Assembly (NCBI GenBank): GCA_963719635.1
Contig: CAVRCS010000004.1
Location: forward strand, 459,465-523,464
Source: an uncultured Thermoplasmata archaeon
GTDB lineage: Archaea; Thermoplasmatota; Thermoplasmata; Lutacidiplasmatales; UBA184
Reading direction: 5' to 3'
Length of the DNA: 64,000 nt
The position numbers and the translations under genes are program-made. The stretch's first letter is position 1, and every line of letters starts with the position of its first letter. The notes beneath the pieces are model-generated. The model ran no database searches. It saw only the letters and a program-made list of their open reading frames with translations, and was not told the DNA's origin. Shown in pieces: positions 18,981 to 29,071 of this stretch.

Positions 18981-20079
18981 GACGCCCCTCCGAGGCGTGC
19001 CGGCCAGCGCAGCCGCATCATCGCGTCGAGACCCTCCACCCCGATAAAACGCATTCCGAGCGCGAGGAGCCGGTCCGAGCCGGCAACGTGGTCCCCCAAC
19101 CCCTGGATCTTCGCCGCGCGGGCGAGGGGGGCGAACATCGCGGCCTTCCACGCCCGGTCGTACTCAGCCAGCGGCGCCTCTCCCCTCGCCGCCCGGGCGG
19201 CCGCCCCTCCGGCGAGGTGTCCGCTGAGCATCGCGGTCGGGATACCGCCGCCGTTCGTCGCCATCACGAGGTTCGCGGCGTCCCCTGCGAAGGCCACCGA
19301 GCCGACGACGAGGCTTTCCGGGGGGGTCCGACCGGCACCCACCACTTCGTCGGCTCGTGGAGCGGCCCGAGATGCCGGCGGCCGAGGAACGTCCCCAGCA
19401 TGCGCTCCAGCGTCGTCCCGGGAGGGACCTCCGGGACGCCGAGGCCGACGTTCAGGTCCGCGGCCCGAGGAAAGCTCCACGCGTAACCCCGAGGGGCCTC
19501 CCGCCCGAAGTGGAGTTCGACCGCGTCCCCGAGCGGGCCGTCGGCCGTCGCCGTGATCATGCGGAACATGACCCGGTGCGGGCGGAAGCCGACCGACGCC
19601 CCGACCGTCGACGTCGGGCCGTCGGCCGCCACCACCGTCCCCGCCGAGACGTCCCGGCCGCCGGCGCACCGGACGACCCCGTCCCGGACCCTCGTCACCC
19701 CGAGGGGGTACCGCAGCTCGGCGCCGGCCCCCTCGGCCTCGAGGGCGAGCGCCTTGTCGAAGGCGCGGCGCGAGACGGTCGCGCCCGCGAGCGGAAAGGC
19801 GTACTTCCGACCGTACGGGCTGTAGCAGGCGAGCAACCGTGTCTCCCGCAGGACCGTGGACGGCGGGATCGTGAACGCCTCCCGGACCAGCTTCGGGCTC
19901 CCGAACAGGTCGACCAGCTCCTCCGGGCTGGGAACGAACTCGCCGCACTGGACCGGCTGGCCCAGCTCCGCGCGGTGGTCGACGAGCAGCGTGCGCGCCC
20001 CCGCTCGGGCCGCCGCCCGCGCGGCGCACGCCCCCGCCGGCCCCGCGCCTACGACCACGACGTCGTAGCGGTCGCCCAT
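18977..20079 (-). CDS. Geranylgeranyl reductase family flavoprotein; frameshift in G-run 19320-19326
   Basis: VVGAGPAG, QCGE, AADG, YAWSFP, then GDAA..V....GGGI in a second frame. Confidence 0.85.
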
Positions 20080-20080
20080 C

Positions 20081-21676
20081 CTACGCTCCGAGCGCGAAGA
20101 AGTGCGTCGCGGCCGACTGGATCGGCCCGAGAGCCATCTGGGGGTAGACGCCGAACGCGACGATCGCCGCGGCGGCGAGGCCGATGGCGACGGCGCGCCC
20201 GTAGCCGAGCCCTCCCGCCGGCAGCGCCGGCGGACCGACGGCCCCCGCGACGGCCCCGGCCGGGACGGTCGACGGGCTGGGGGCGTCGAAGAAGATCGCC
20301 TTCAGGATGCGGGCGTAGTAGAACACCGACAGCGCGCTGTTGAGCAGGCCGGCGACGGCGAGCCAGACGAAGTAGCCCTTCGCATCCACCGCCGCGCTGA
20401 ACAGGACGAACTTGGAGGCGAAGCCGATGGTGAGCGGCACGCCCGCGAGCGACAGCAGCATCAGCGCGAAGGCGACCGACGTGTACGGCCGGCGAGCGCC
20501 GAGCCCCCTCCAGTCGTCGACGAGCGGCCCCACCCCGAGGCCTGCGACGCCGGCGACGACGAGGAAGGCGCCGCCCTTCATCAGGACGTGCGCGAGGACC
20601 TGGAACGTCGCGCCGGCGAGCGCCGCCGGTGTCCCGACCGCGATCCCGAGCAGCATGTAGCCGGCCTGGCTGATCGACGAGTAGGCGAGCAGCCGCTTCA
20701 TCTCCTTCTGCTGGAGCGCGAGCAGGTTGCCGAACGTCATCGTCAGCACCGCGAGGACGCTGAGCGTGATCTGGACGGTCGGGCCGATCGCGAACGCCCC
20801 GCCCGAGAACGGATTGCCGGGGGCGCCGGGGTGCACGAACAGCACCGGGCCCAGGAAGACGAGGAAGAACGCGAAGACGCCCATCTTCTTCGTCCCGCCG
20901 GCGAGGAAGGCGCTCACGTCGCTCGGCGCGCCGTCGTAGACGTCGACCGCCCACGCGTGGAACGGCACCAGCGTCGTCTTGAACGCGAGGCCCGCGATCA
21001 GGAACCCGTAGCCGAGGAGCGCGAGTACCGGGTAGCCGACCGTCCCGGCGACCGCCCCCAGGCGGAACAGGTTCGTCGTCCCGTAGGCGCCGAACAGCAG
21101 CGAGGCGCCGAAGAAGCTGAGCGTCGAGCTGACGGCGCCGATGATGTAGAACTTCATCGCCGCCTCGAGCGGGCGGAGGCCCCGGCGGGTGTAGCCGACC
21201 AGCAGGTAGCTGGAGAGGCTCGTCACTTCGATCGCGAGGAGCAGGAAGATGAGGTCGGAGGCAAAGGCGACCAGCATCATCCCGAGCGTCGCGAGCGCGA
21301 GGAGGCCGTAGAAGATCGGCGCGCCGGGCTCGTTCGACTCGCGGCTCAGCGAGGCGACGCCGACCAGGAACGCCGCGAGGAGGAACAGCGCCTGGAAGAC
21401 GAGGCCGAACGAGCTGACGGAGTACAGTGGCGCCGAGCCGGTGGCCGGAGTGACGTCGATCGCGCCCGCCCCGACCGTCCGCAGGAGCGCGAGCGGGGCG
21501 AATCCCAGGTCGGCGACGACGAGGAGGAGGGCGAGCGCCGTGCCGGCGACGACGACGGCGCCGACCCTCTCGAGCCGGCGAACCCCGAGGACGTCCAGGA
21601 GGAAGACGAGGAGCGCGCTGGCGAGGACGACCAGCTCGGGGGCGAAGGTCGCCGCGAGGGTGAGGGGGGGCGTCAT
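20081..21676 (-). CDS. nuoN: Complex I-like subunit N
   Basis: EAAMKFY, FK...PFHAWAVDVYDGAP, KRLLAYSSI, SLAGVP. Confidence 0.93.
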   Translation of the reverse strand: MTPPLTLAATFAPELVVLASALLVFLLDVLGVRRLERVGAVVVAGTALALLLVVADLGFAPLALLRTVGAGAIDVTPATGSAPLYSVSSFGLVFQALFLLAAFLVGVASLSRESNEPGAPIFYGLLALATLGMMLVAFASDLIFLLLAIEVTSLSSYLLVGYTRRGLRPLEAAMKFYIIGAVSSTLSFFGASLLFGAYGTTNLFRLGAVAGTVGYPVLALLGYGFLIAGLAFKTTLVPFHAWAVDVYDGAPSDVSAFLAGGTKKMGVFAFFLVFLGPVLFVHPGAPGNPFSGGAFAIGPTVQITLSVLAVLTMTFGNLLALQQKEMKRLLAYSSISQAGYMLLGIAVGTPAALAGATFQVLAHVLMKGGAFLVVAGVAGLGVGPLVDDWRGLGARRPYTSVAFALMLLSLAGVPLTIGFASKFVLFSAAVDAKGYFVWLAVAGLLNSALSVFYYARILKAIFFDAPSPSTVPAGAVAGAVGPPALPAGGLGYGRAVAIGLAAAAIVAFGVYPQMALGPIQSAATHFFALGA

Positions 21677-21695
21677 CGCGTTCCGCTCCCTCCGC

Positions 21696-23177
21696 TCACG
21701 GCACCGGGAAGCCGTGGACCGGCGAGCTCGTGATCACGTTCACCAGCAGGCTCGGAAGGATCCCGAACAGGACCGTGAGGGCGACCAGGATCCCCATCCC
21801 CGCCCCCTCGTACCACGACACGTCGTGCGCTCCGGCCGGGACCGCCTTCGCCGGCCCGAAGAGCATCCGCTGCATCATCCACAGGTAGAACGCGGCGGTG
21901 ACGACGAGGATCCCGAGCGGGATGAACACCCAGTAGCCGAGGGCGTACCACGTCGCGAGCAGGGCCGTGAACTCGGCCGGGAAGCCGATGAGCGCCGGGA
22001 GGCCGAGCGACGCGAGCGCGCCGACCATCACCATCGTCGCGAGCGCGGGGGTGGTCGGCGTGATCCCGCCGAGCGACCCCAAATCCCGCGTGCCGAACGT
22101 GTGGTGGACCGTTCCCGCGGACATGAACAGCAGCGCGCTCACGACCCCGTGCGCGAACATCAGCAGCACCGCGGCCAGCAGGCCGAGCGACGAGTCGAGG
22201 GCGATCGCCAGCAGGACGATCCCCATGTGGTTGATTGACGAGAAGGCGATCATCCGCTTCAGATCCCGCTGGGCGAGCGAGACGACCGAGCCCCAGATGA
22301 TCGACAGGAAGGCGACCGCGAAGAGGATCGGCCGGTCGTGGACGAAGCCGACCTGCAGCACCTCCACGCCCCAGCGGATCAGCCCGTAGGCTCCGAGCTT
22401 GAGCAACAGGCCCGCGAGGAGGACCGAGCCGCCGGTCGGGGCCTCGACGTGTGCGTCCGGAAGCCACGTGTGGAACGGGACGATCGGGAACTTCACGCCG
22501 AAGCCGAAGAAGAGGGCGAGGAACAGGAACGACTGGTCGACGCTGGAGAGCGTCCGGGCGCTCGCGTCGACCGCGGAGAAGTCGAGCGACGTCGCCCCCG
22601 AGTAGAAGACCGTCACCAGCAAGCCGACCAGCATGATGATGGAGGCGACGTGGGTGTAGACGAAGAACTTCAGCGCCGCGTAGCGGCGGCGCGGACCGCC
22701 CCACAGCCCGATGAGGAAGAACATCGGGACGAGGACCGCCTCCCAGAAGAGGAAGAACAGCAGCACGTCCAGCGAGACGAAGACGCCGAACGAGCCGAGG
22801 CAGGTGAGCAGGACGAGCCCGAAGTACGCCCCCGGGCGCTTCGTCTCGCCCCACGAGTACACGACGGTCGCGATCTGGAGTATCGCCGTCAGGAGGATCA
22901 GGACGAGCGAGATCCCGTCGACGCCGACCGTGTAGTTCACCTGGAGCCACGGGAGATGGATCCAGGCGTGCAGCTCGCTTTCCGCGAACCCGGGGACGAG
23001 CGGGCTGCCGGCGTAGCCCGGCCAGCCGGGATAGTTGAGGAACAGGAGCGCGACCTCGCCCACGAAGGCGGCGGAGGTGGCGAGCGCGACCCAGCGCGCC
23101 CGGGCCCCCGCGAGGAACGTGAGGACCGTTCCCGCGGCGAGCGTGAGGAGGGTCAGCGAAATCAGCGGCAGCGCCAT
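21696..23177 (-). CDS. nuoM: Complex I-like subunit M
   Basis: VDGIS, FWEAVLVP, PFHTWLPDAHVEAP, AHG. Confidence 0.93.
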   Translation of the reverse strand: MALPLISLTLLTLAAGTVLTFLAGARARWVALATSAAFVGEVALLFLNYPGWPGYAGSPLVPGFAESELHAWIHLPWLQVNYTVGVDGISLVLILLTAILQIATVVYSWGETKRPGAYFGLVLLTCLGSFGVFVSLDVLLFFLFWEAVLVPMFFLIGLWGGPRRRYAALKFFVYTHVASIIMLVGLLVTVFYSGATSLDFSAVDASARTLSSVDQSFLFLALFFGFGVKFPIVPFHTWLPDAHVEAPTGGSVLLAGLLLKLGAYGLIRWGVEVLQVGFVHDRPILFAVAFLSIIWGSVVSLAQRDLKRMIAFSSINHMGIVLLAIALDSSLGLLAAVLLMFAHGVVSALLFMSAGTVHHTFGTRDLGSLGGITPTTPALATMVMVGALASLGLPALIGFPAEFTALLATWYALGYWVFIPLGILVVTAAFYLWMMQRMLFGPAKAVPAGAHDVSWYEGAGMGILVALTVLFGILPSLLVNVITSSPVHGFPVP

Positions 23178-23181
23178 CGGC

Positions 23182-25164
23182 TCACCCTCCTCCCAGCCGG
23201 TCGAGGACGAACGGCGCGACGAGGAGGAGGAGCGCGAAGACGACGATCAGGCCGACGACCAAGTAGCTCGCGTAGTCGCTGACGACGCCGGACTGGACCT
23301 TGCGCAGCCGGTCGGAGAGGAGCCCGAACAGCCGCTCGAAGCCGTGGACCGTCCCGTCAATGACGTAGACGTCGACGAAGTCGGCGAGCCGGGAGACCGT
23401 GTAGACGCCCTTCCCGCCGATCCAGTCGTAACCGGCTTTCATGTAGTACCGCTCGAGCAGCAGCCGCCGGAGCGGCTGGGCGGGGCTGCTCGCGCTCAGC
23501 TCGAAGACCCTGCCGTTCCCCCAGCAGAGCCACGCGACGCCGATGCCGGCCCCGGCGAGCCCCACGCTGCCGACCGAGAGGAGGATCTGCGTCGTCCCGT
23601 AGACGGGCGGGATCCCGGCGCCGTGCTCCAACAGGTTCTGCATCCCGGGGAGGAACGCGAACAGGCCCGCGCCGACCGCGAACGCGGAGAGGACGACCAG
23701 CGGCACCTGCATCGTCCACGGTCCCTCGTGGCCGTGCGGGAGCGTCGGGTCGCGCGGGTGCTCGCCGGAGAAGGCGAGGAACCAGGCGCGGAAGATGTAG
23801 TAGGCGGTCAGGAACACCGCGGCGAAGGCGAGCAGGAAGAACGGCCAGTACTCCGGATGGGTTCCGAGGACCGAGTAGACGGAGGCGAGGATGTCGTCCT
23901 TGCTCCAGTAGCCGGCGAACGGCGGGATCCCCGACAGCGCGAGCCCGCCCACGGCGAACGCCGTGGCGGTGAGCGGCATCGAGCGCTTCAGCCCGCCCAT
24001 CTTGAACAGGTTCTGCGTCCCGACGGCGTGGATGACCGAGCCGGCGGCGAGGAACAGCAGCGCCTTGAAGAACGCGTGGGTGAACAGATGGAACAGGCCG
24101 ACCATCGAGAAGCCCGCCCCGATCGCGAGCACCATGTAGCCGAGCTGGCTGATCGTGGAGTAGGCGATCACCCGCTTGATGTCCGGGTGCACGACCGCCA
24201 TCGTCGCGGCGAAGAAGGCGGTGAAGCCACCGACCGCGACGATCACCAGCTGGTCGAACGACGTGAACCCGAGGAAGATGCTCGCGACGGCGAGCAGGTA
24301 GACGCCGGCCGCGACCATCGTCGCGGCGTGGATGAGCGCCGAGACGGTCGTCGGGCCCTCCATCGCGTCCGGCAGCCAGACGTGGAGCGGGAACTGCGCG
24401 CTCTTCCCGGCGGCCCCGCCGAGGATCATGATCCCGGCGACGGTCGCCAGCGTCGAGTGCGAGAACGCGCCGCTCAGGAACGGCGTGCCGTTGTGGACGA
24501 AGACGAAGCCGTTGGCCGCCCAGCCGCCGAAGCCGCCGGCGCCCGAGTACAGGTCGAACAGGATGAAGATCCCGAGGAGGAACATCACGTCGCCGACGCG
24601 CGTGACCAGGAACGCCTCCTTCGCGGCGCTCGCCGCGCTCGGCTTCTCGTAGTAGAACCCGATCAGGAAGTACGAGCAGACGCCGACGAGCTCCCAGAAG
24701 AGGAAGAACTCGAGCAGGTTGTTGGAGAGGACGAGCGCGCTCATCGCCGCCAGGAAGAGCATCAGCTCGGCGTAGTACCGGGAGAGCCCGCGGTCCTGGT
24801 GCATGTACCCGATCGAGTACAGGACGACCAGGAAGCCGACGACGGTGACGACGATCAGGACGAGCCCGCTGAGCGGGTCGACGAGCGTGCCCATGACGAG
24901 CGAGAAGCCGTTCTGGAACCCGGGCGCCGGCGGGAGGTGGAGCCAGACGAACTGCGTGTTCGTCGTCCGCCCGGGGAAGAACGCCTCGCCGACGCCGATC
25001 AGCACCCCGAGCACCAGCGCGACGGCGGAGGCGCCGACGGCGACCCAGCCGCCCCACTCGAGGCGGGCGAGACGCGTCCCCGCGACCCCGACGACGGCGA
25101 ACGCCAGGACGTAGGCGAGCGGGACGAAGAACGCCCACGGGAACAGCGCGGGGACGTTCAGCGT
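23182..25164 (-). CDS. nuoL: Complex I-like subunit L (probable ACG/CTG start)
   Basis: WELVG, KSAQFPLHVWLPDAMEGPT, THAFFKALLF; frame extends 50 hydrophobic codons upstream of GTG 25014. Confidence 0.92.
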   Translation of the reverse strand, partial: TLNVPALFPWAFFVPLAYVLAFAVVGVAGTRLARLEWGGWVAVGASAVALVLGVLIGVGEAFFPGRTTNTQFVWLHLPPAPGFQNGFSLVMGTLVDPLSGLVLIVVTVVGFLVVLYSIGYMHQDRGLSRYYAELMLFLAAMSALVLSNNLLEFFLFWELVGVCSYFLIGFYYEKPSAASAAKEAFLVTRVGDVMFLLGIFILFDLYSGAGGFGGWAANGFVFVHNGTPFLSGAFSHSTLATVAGIMILGGAAGKSAQFPLHVWLPDAMEGPTTVSALIHAATMVAAGVYLLAVASIFLGFTSFDQLVIVAVGGFTAFFAATMAVVHPDIKRVIAYSTISQLGYMVLAIGAGFSMVGLFHLFTHAFFKALLFLAAGSVIHAVGTQNLFKMGGLKRSMPLTATAFAVGGLALSGIPPFAGYWSKDDILASVYSVLGTHPEYWPFFLLAFAAVFLTAYYIFRAWFLAFSGEHPRDPTLPHGHEGPWTMQVPLVVLSAFAVGAGLFAFLPGMQNLLEHGAGIPPVYGTTQILLSVGSVGLAGAGIGVAWLCWGNGRVFELSASSPAQPLRRLLLERYYMKAGYDWIGGKGVYTVSRLADFVDVYVIDGTVHGFERLFGLLSDRLRKVQSGVVSDYASYLVVGLIVVFALLLLVAPFVLDRLGGG

Positions 25165-25177
25165 GGCGTCCTCCCCC

Positions 25178-25498
25178 CTACAGTTTCAGCTCGGTCGCTT
25201 CGGCGACGTTGATCGTCCCCTTCGCCCGGTTGAGCGCGAGGACAATGGCGAGGCCGACCGCGACCTCGGTCGCCGCGAAACCGACCAGGACGACCGCGGT
25301 CGCCTGGCCGGAGAGGCCGGACGCCGGCGTCGGCGCGAACGCCGCGAACGCGACGAAGTTCAGGATCGCCGCGTTCATCGCCACCTCGATCGCGATCAGG
25401 AGCAGGACGAAGTTCCGCCGGGTCAGGACCCCGAAGAGGCCGACCGCGAGGAGCGCGCCGGAGAGGGCGAGGAAGCCGACCTCGCTCAGCCCGGTCAC
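25178..25498 (-). CDS. nuoK: Complex I-like subunit K
   Basis: RRN...IEVAMNAA, ATEVAVGLAI; GTG overlaps nuoJ stop. Confidence 0.9.
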   Translation of the reverse strand: MTGLSEVGFLALSGALLAVGLFGVLTRRNFVLLLIAIEVAMNAAILNFVAFAAFAPTPASGLSGQATAVVLVGFAATEVAVGLAIVLALNRAKGTINVAEATELKL

Positions 25499-25984
25499 TC
25501 GCGCCCCTCCCGGACGAGGTAGATCGCCCCGGAGACGCTCACGAGCATCGTGAGGCCGAGGAGCAGCACCCACGGCCCGTACGTCGAGAAGAGCGCTTGG
25601 CTCAACGCGGACGGGGCGTACAGACGCCGGTGCCACCTCGGTCTGCGGCAGCTCACCGACCGCCGTCACGACGAAGACGAACGCGAGGACGGCGAGGGCG
25701 ACCGGCGCCGGGCCGATCCCGGTCGCCGCCTCCCGCGAGAAGATCTTCTTGCGGGTGACCATGATGCCGAACAGGAGCAGGACCGTCACCGCCCCGGCGT
25801 AGACGCCGAGCTGGAGGACGCCGAGGAACGTCGCGCTGAGCAGGAAGTAGATCAGCGCGAGGTCCACGAAGAAGACGGCGACCCACATGATCGTGTGGAC
25901 GAGCTCGCGGACGAGCAACGCCGCGACGGCGGTGGCGACCGCGACGACGGCGAGCAGGAGGAAAGCGACCTCCTCGAGGCTCAC
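25495..25984 (-). CDS. nuoJ: Complex I-like subunit J; frameshift near 25625
   Basis: LQLGVYAGAVTVL motif; final TM helix (LFSTYGPWVLLLGLTML) in another frame. Confidence 0.85.
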
Positions 25985-26760
25985 GTCTGGCCCCCCCAGA
26001 ACAGGCACTCCTTCGGGCAGACGCTGATGCACGTGCCGCAGCGCACGCAGTCGGAGTCGTTGATGACCGGCTCCTTCCAGATCCGCTTCGGCGTTTTGGC
26101 GCCGGGCTTGCCGTCCGGCTTCGGGATGTCGACCATCGTGATGCAGTCGGTCGGGCAGTCCCGGGCGCACGCGTTGCAGCCGATGCACAGCGGCGGCTCG
26201 AGCAGGATCCGGTCCTCGTTCTCGGGGAGCGCAAGCCGGATCGGGCTCATCGGCAACTTCGAGTGGAAGACGTCGAACATCTTCTGCGGCGAGTACACCA
26301 TCTCCGCCCGGCTCGGGGTCGCGAGCTCGTAGCGGGTCGTCATCGTGAGGCACCCCTCGGGGCAGGCGTCCGAGCAGAAGCCGCAGTAGCTGCACTTGCC
26401 GTAGTCGATCTGCGGGCACTTCTTCGGCTTCTTCGGGTCCGCCCCCGGCACCGTCACCATCTCGATGCACAGATCCGGGCACGAGAACGCGCAGAGGTTG
26501 CAGCTGATGCACGTCGCGATGTTCAGCGCGTGGACGCCGCGGTAGTTGTCCCACACCTGCCCGACGCCGATCGGCTTGCCCGAGGCGACCGCGACCTTTT
26601 CGCGGAACCGCGGGTCCTCCAGCCGCTCGAACGGGTAGAGGATCGTCGACGGCCGGAACAGGCTTTTCACGAACTGGCGTGCCGCGGTCGCCATCGGCCG
26701 GGCGACGAACAGGACCGGGTGCTCCTCGGCCTTCGGCGGCGCCGCGCTCGCGTCGGTCAT
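25981..26760 (-). CDS. nuoI: Complex I-like subunit I with four [4Fe-4S] motifs
   Basis: TILYPFE, YRG; four CxxCxxCxxxCP motifs. Confidence 0.88.
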   Translation of the reverse strand: MTDASAAPPKAEEHPVLFVARPMATAARQFVKSLFRPSTILYPFERLEDPRFREKVAVASGKPIGVGQVWDNYRGVHALNIATCISCNLCAFSCPDLCIEMVTVPGADPKKPKKCPQIDYGKCSYCGFCSDACPEGCLTMTTRYELATPSRAEMVYSPQKMFDVFHSKLPMSPIRLALPENEDRILLEPPLCIGCNACARDCPTDCITMVDIPKPDGKPGAKTPKRIWKEPVINDSDCVRCGTCISVCPKECLFWGGQT

Positions 26761-26782
26761 CGTTCCCTCGTTCCCCTCCCCT

Positions 26783-27913
26783 CTACGCCCCCGGCGACGG
26801 CACGCAGCCGAACACCGGCACGCAGCGCACCGTGACGAGCGCGGCGGCCAGGAAGACGCTGAGGAGTGCGAGGGGGATCATGCGGTTCCAGCCGACCCGC
26901 AGCAACTGGTCGGTCCGGACGCGCGGCAGGGAGGCCCGGACCCAGACGAAGAGGCCGAAGACGAGGTACGTCTTGACCATGAACCAGAGGATCCCGGCGA
27001 GCGGGAACGACGTCGCCGCCGACGGGACCCAACTCGGCAGCGTCCATCCTCCCAGGAACAGCAGCACGATGAGGATGCTGCCGACGAGCGCGCGCAGGTA
27101 GTCGGCGAGCATGAAGAAGGCGAACAGCATCCCGCCGTACTCGGTGTTCCACCCCTCGACGAGCTCCGCCTCCGCTTCGGGGAGGTCGAACGGGATCCGC
27201 TCCATCTCGGCGAGCATCGCCGCGACGAAGACGACCAGCGCGACGACGAGCGGCCCCCAGAACCAGTAGTTCTGCTGCTCGTAGACGATCGTCGTGAGGG
27301 AGAAGCTCCCCGCGACGACGACCACTGCGACGACCGCGAGGAGGAGCGGCACCTCGTAGGCGATCATCTGGGCCGCGGAGCGGAGCCCGCCCATGAGCGA
27401 GTACTTGTTGTTGCTCGACCAGGCGCTGACGAAGATGAACAGCGGCGCGAACGAGAAGAGCGCGAGCGCGAGCAGCAGGCTCAGCGGGATCGGACTCGAG
27501 TTCCACCCGCTGGAGATCGGCAGGATCCCGAAGATCATCATCGAGGTGACGAGGTAGGCGGTCGGCCCGAAGTAGAAGCCCAACTCGTCCGCCTCGGTAG
27601 GCCGCGTCGTGTGCTTGCGGAACAGCTTCAGGCCGTCCGCGAAGTTCTGCAGGAGGCCGGCGTAGCCGACGTGCATCGCCCCGCGGCGGTCCATGAACCG
27701 GCCGAGGAGCTTGCGCTCGAACCAGATCAGCACGATCGTGTTGATCATGCTCGCCAGGAGGAGGATCGCACAGAACACGAGGACCGCGAGGCCGGTGACG
27801 ACGTCGCCGTTCTCGGCGAGCCGCCCGAGCGGCCCCCCGACCGCCCCGCCGAGGGCGAAGAGGAGCGCGTGCACGAGAGTGTACGACACCGAGTAGAGCG
27901 TCGCGTTCGACAT
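26783..27913 (-). CDS. nuoH: Complex I-like subunit H
   Basis: ERK...ADGLKL, SNNKYSLMGGLR, RIPFDLPEAEAELV, LPRVRTDQL. Confidence 0.95.
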   Translation of the reverse strand: MSNATLYSVSYTLVHALLFALGGAVGGPLGRLAENGDVVTGLAVLVFCAILLLASMINTIVLIWFERKLLGRFMDRRGAMHVGYAGLLQNFADGLKLFRKHTTRPTEADELGFYFGPTAYLVTSMMIFGILPISSGWNSSPIPLSLLLALALFSFAPLFIFVSAWSSNNKYSLMGGLRSAAQMIAYEVPLLLAVVAVVVVAGSFSLTTIVYEQQNYWFWGPLVVALVVFVAAMLAEMERIPFDLPEAEAELVEGWNTEYGGMLFAFFMLADYLRALVGSILIVLLFLGGWTLPSWVPSAATSFPLAGILWFMVKTYLVFGLFVWVRASLPRVRTDQLLRVGWNRMIPLALLSVFLAAALVTVRCVPVFGCVPSPGA

Positions 27914-27925
27914 CGTTCCGCCGAC

Positions 27926-29071
27926 CTAGCGGTCGACCTCCCCGACGCAGATGTCGACGCTCCCCATGATCGGCGGGATGTCGGCGACGTGGTAGCCGAT
28001 CAGGTACTTCTTCGCGGCGCTCAGGTTCGCGAACACCGGCGAGCGGAACTTGACGCGGTACGGGTGCTCGCCGCCCTCGTTGACGACGTAGGCGAGCGCC
28101 TCGCCGTGCGGCTCCTCGATCGCCGAGAAGCCTACGCCCTTCGGGTAGCTGCGCTTCAGCAGGTACCCCTCCAGCCCGACCGGGGCGTACGGCGCGCCCA
28201 GCCAGCGGGGGAGCTTCTCCGCGATCACCGTTCCCGGGTGGTGGTCGAGCCAGTCGAGGACCTGGCGCAGGATGCGGACCGACTGGCGCATCTCCTCCAT
28301 CCGGACGAGGTAGCGGGCGGTCACGTCCGCGCCGTCCGCGAGCGCGACGTCGAAGTCGAGCCGGTCGTACGCCGCGTACGGCCGGTCCTTGCGGAGGTCG
28401 CGCTTCACGCCGGCCGCGCGGAGCATCGGACCCGTGACGCCGTGGTGGACGGCGTCCGGCCCCTTCAGGACACCGAGCCCGTCGCACCGCTGGCGGAAGA
28501 TCGTCGAGCCGAGGCAGAGCTGGTCGTACTCGCGGAACCGGTCGACGAGCCAGTCGAGGACCTTGCGCGCCTGGTCGTTGAAGCCGGCCGGCAGGTCGTT
28601 GCGGACGCCGCCGACCCGCATGTACTCGTACGTCATCCGGGCGCCGGTGTAGCTCTGGAAGAGATCGAGGACCAGGTCGCGGTCCCGCATGCCGTACAGG
28701 AACGGGCTCATCAGGCCCAGGTCCTGGACGAACGCGGCGTACCACATGATGTGGGAGGCGAGCCGCTGGAACTCCTCGCAGAGGACGCGCAGGTACTCGG
28801 CCCGCTCCGGCGGCGAGATCTGCAGCGCCTTCTCGGCGCCGAGGATGTACAGGTGCTCCCACGCGAGGCCCGCCACGTAGCAGCAGCGGTCCATGAGCGT
28901 GATCACCTCGTTGTAGTGCCGGTCCTCGCTGATCTTCTCGATGCCGCGGTGCAGATACCCCATCTCCGGGTCGACGTCCAGGACCAGCTCCCCCTCGATG
29001 CGGACCCTCAAGTTCCACAGTCCGTGGGTCATGGGGTGCTGGGGCCCCATGTTGATCCACATCTCAGACAT
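27926..29071 (-). CDS. nuoD: Complex I-like subunit D
   Basis: GPQHPMTHG, GYLHRGIEK, C-terminal GEVDR. Confidence 0.95.
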   Translation of the reverse strand: MSEMWINMGPQHPMTHGLWNLRVRIEGELVLDVDPEMGYLHRGIEKISEDRHYNEVITLMDRCCYVAGLAWEHLYILGAEKALQISPPERAEYLRVLCEEFQRLASHIMWYAAFVQDLGLMSPFLYGMRDRDLVLDLFQSYTGARMTYEYMRVGGVRNDLPAGFNDQARKVLDWLVDRFREYDQLCLGSTIFRQRCDGLGVLKGPDAVHHGVTGPMLRAAGVKRDLRKDRPYAAYDRLDFDVALADGADVTARYLVRMEEMRQSVRILRQVLDWLDHHPGTVIAEKLPRWLGAPYAPVGLEGYLLKRSYPKGVGFSAIEEPHGEALAYVVNEGGEHPYRVKFRSPVFANLSAAKKYLIGYHVADIPPIMGSVDICVGEVDR

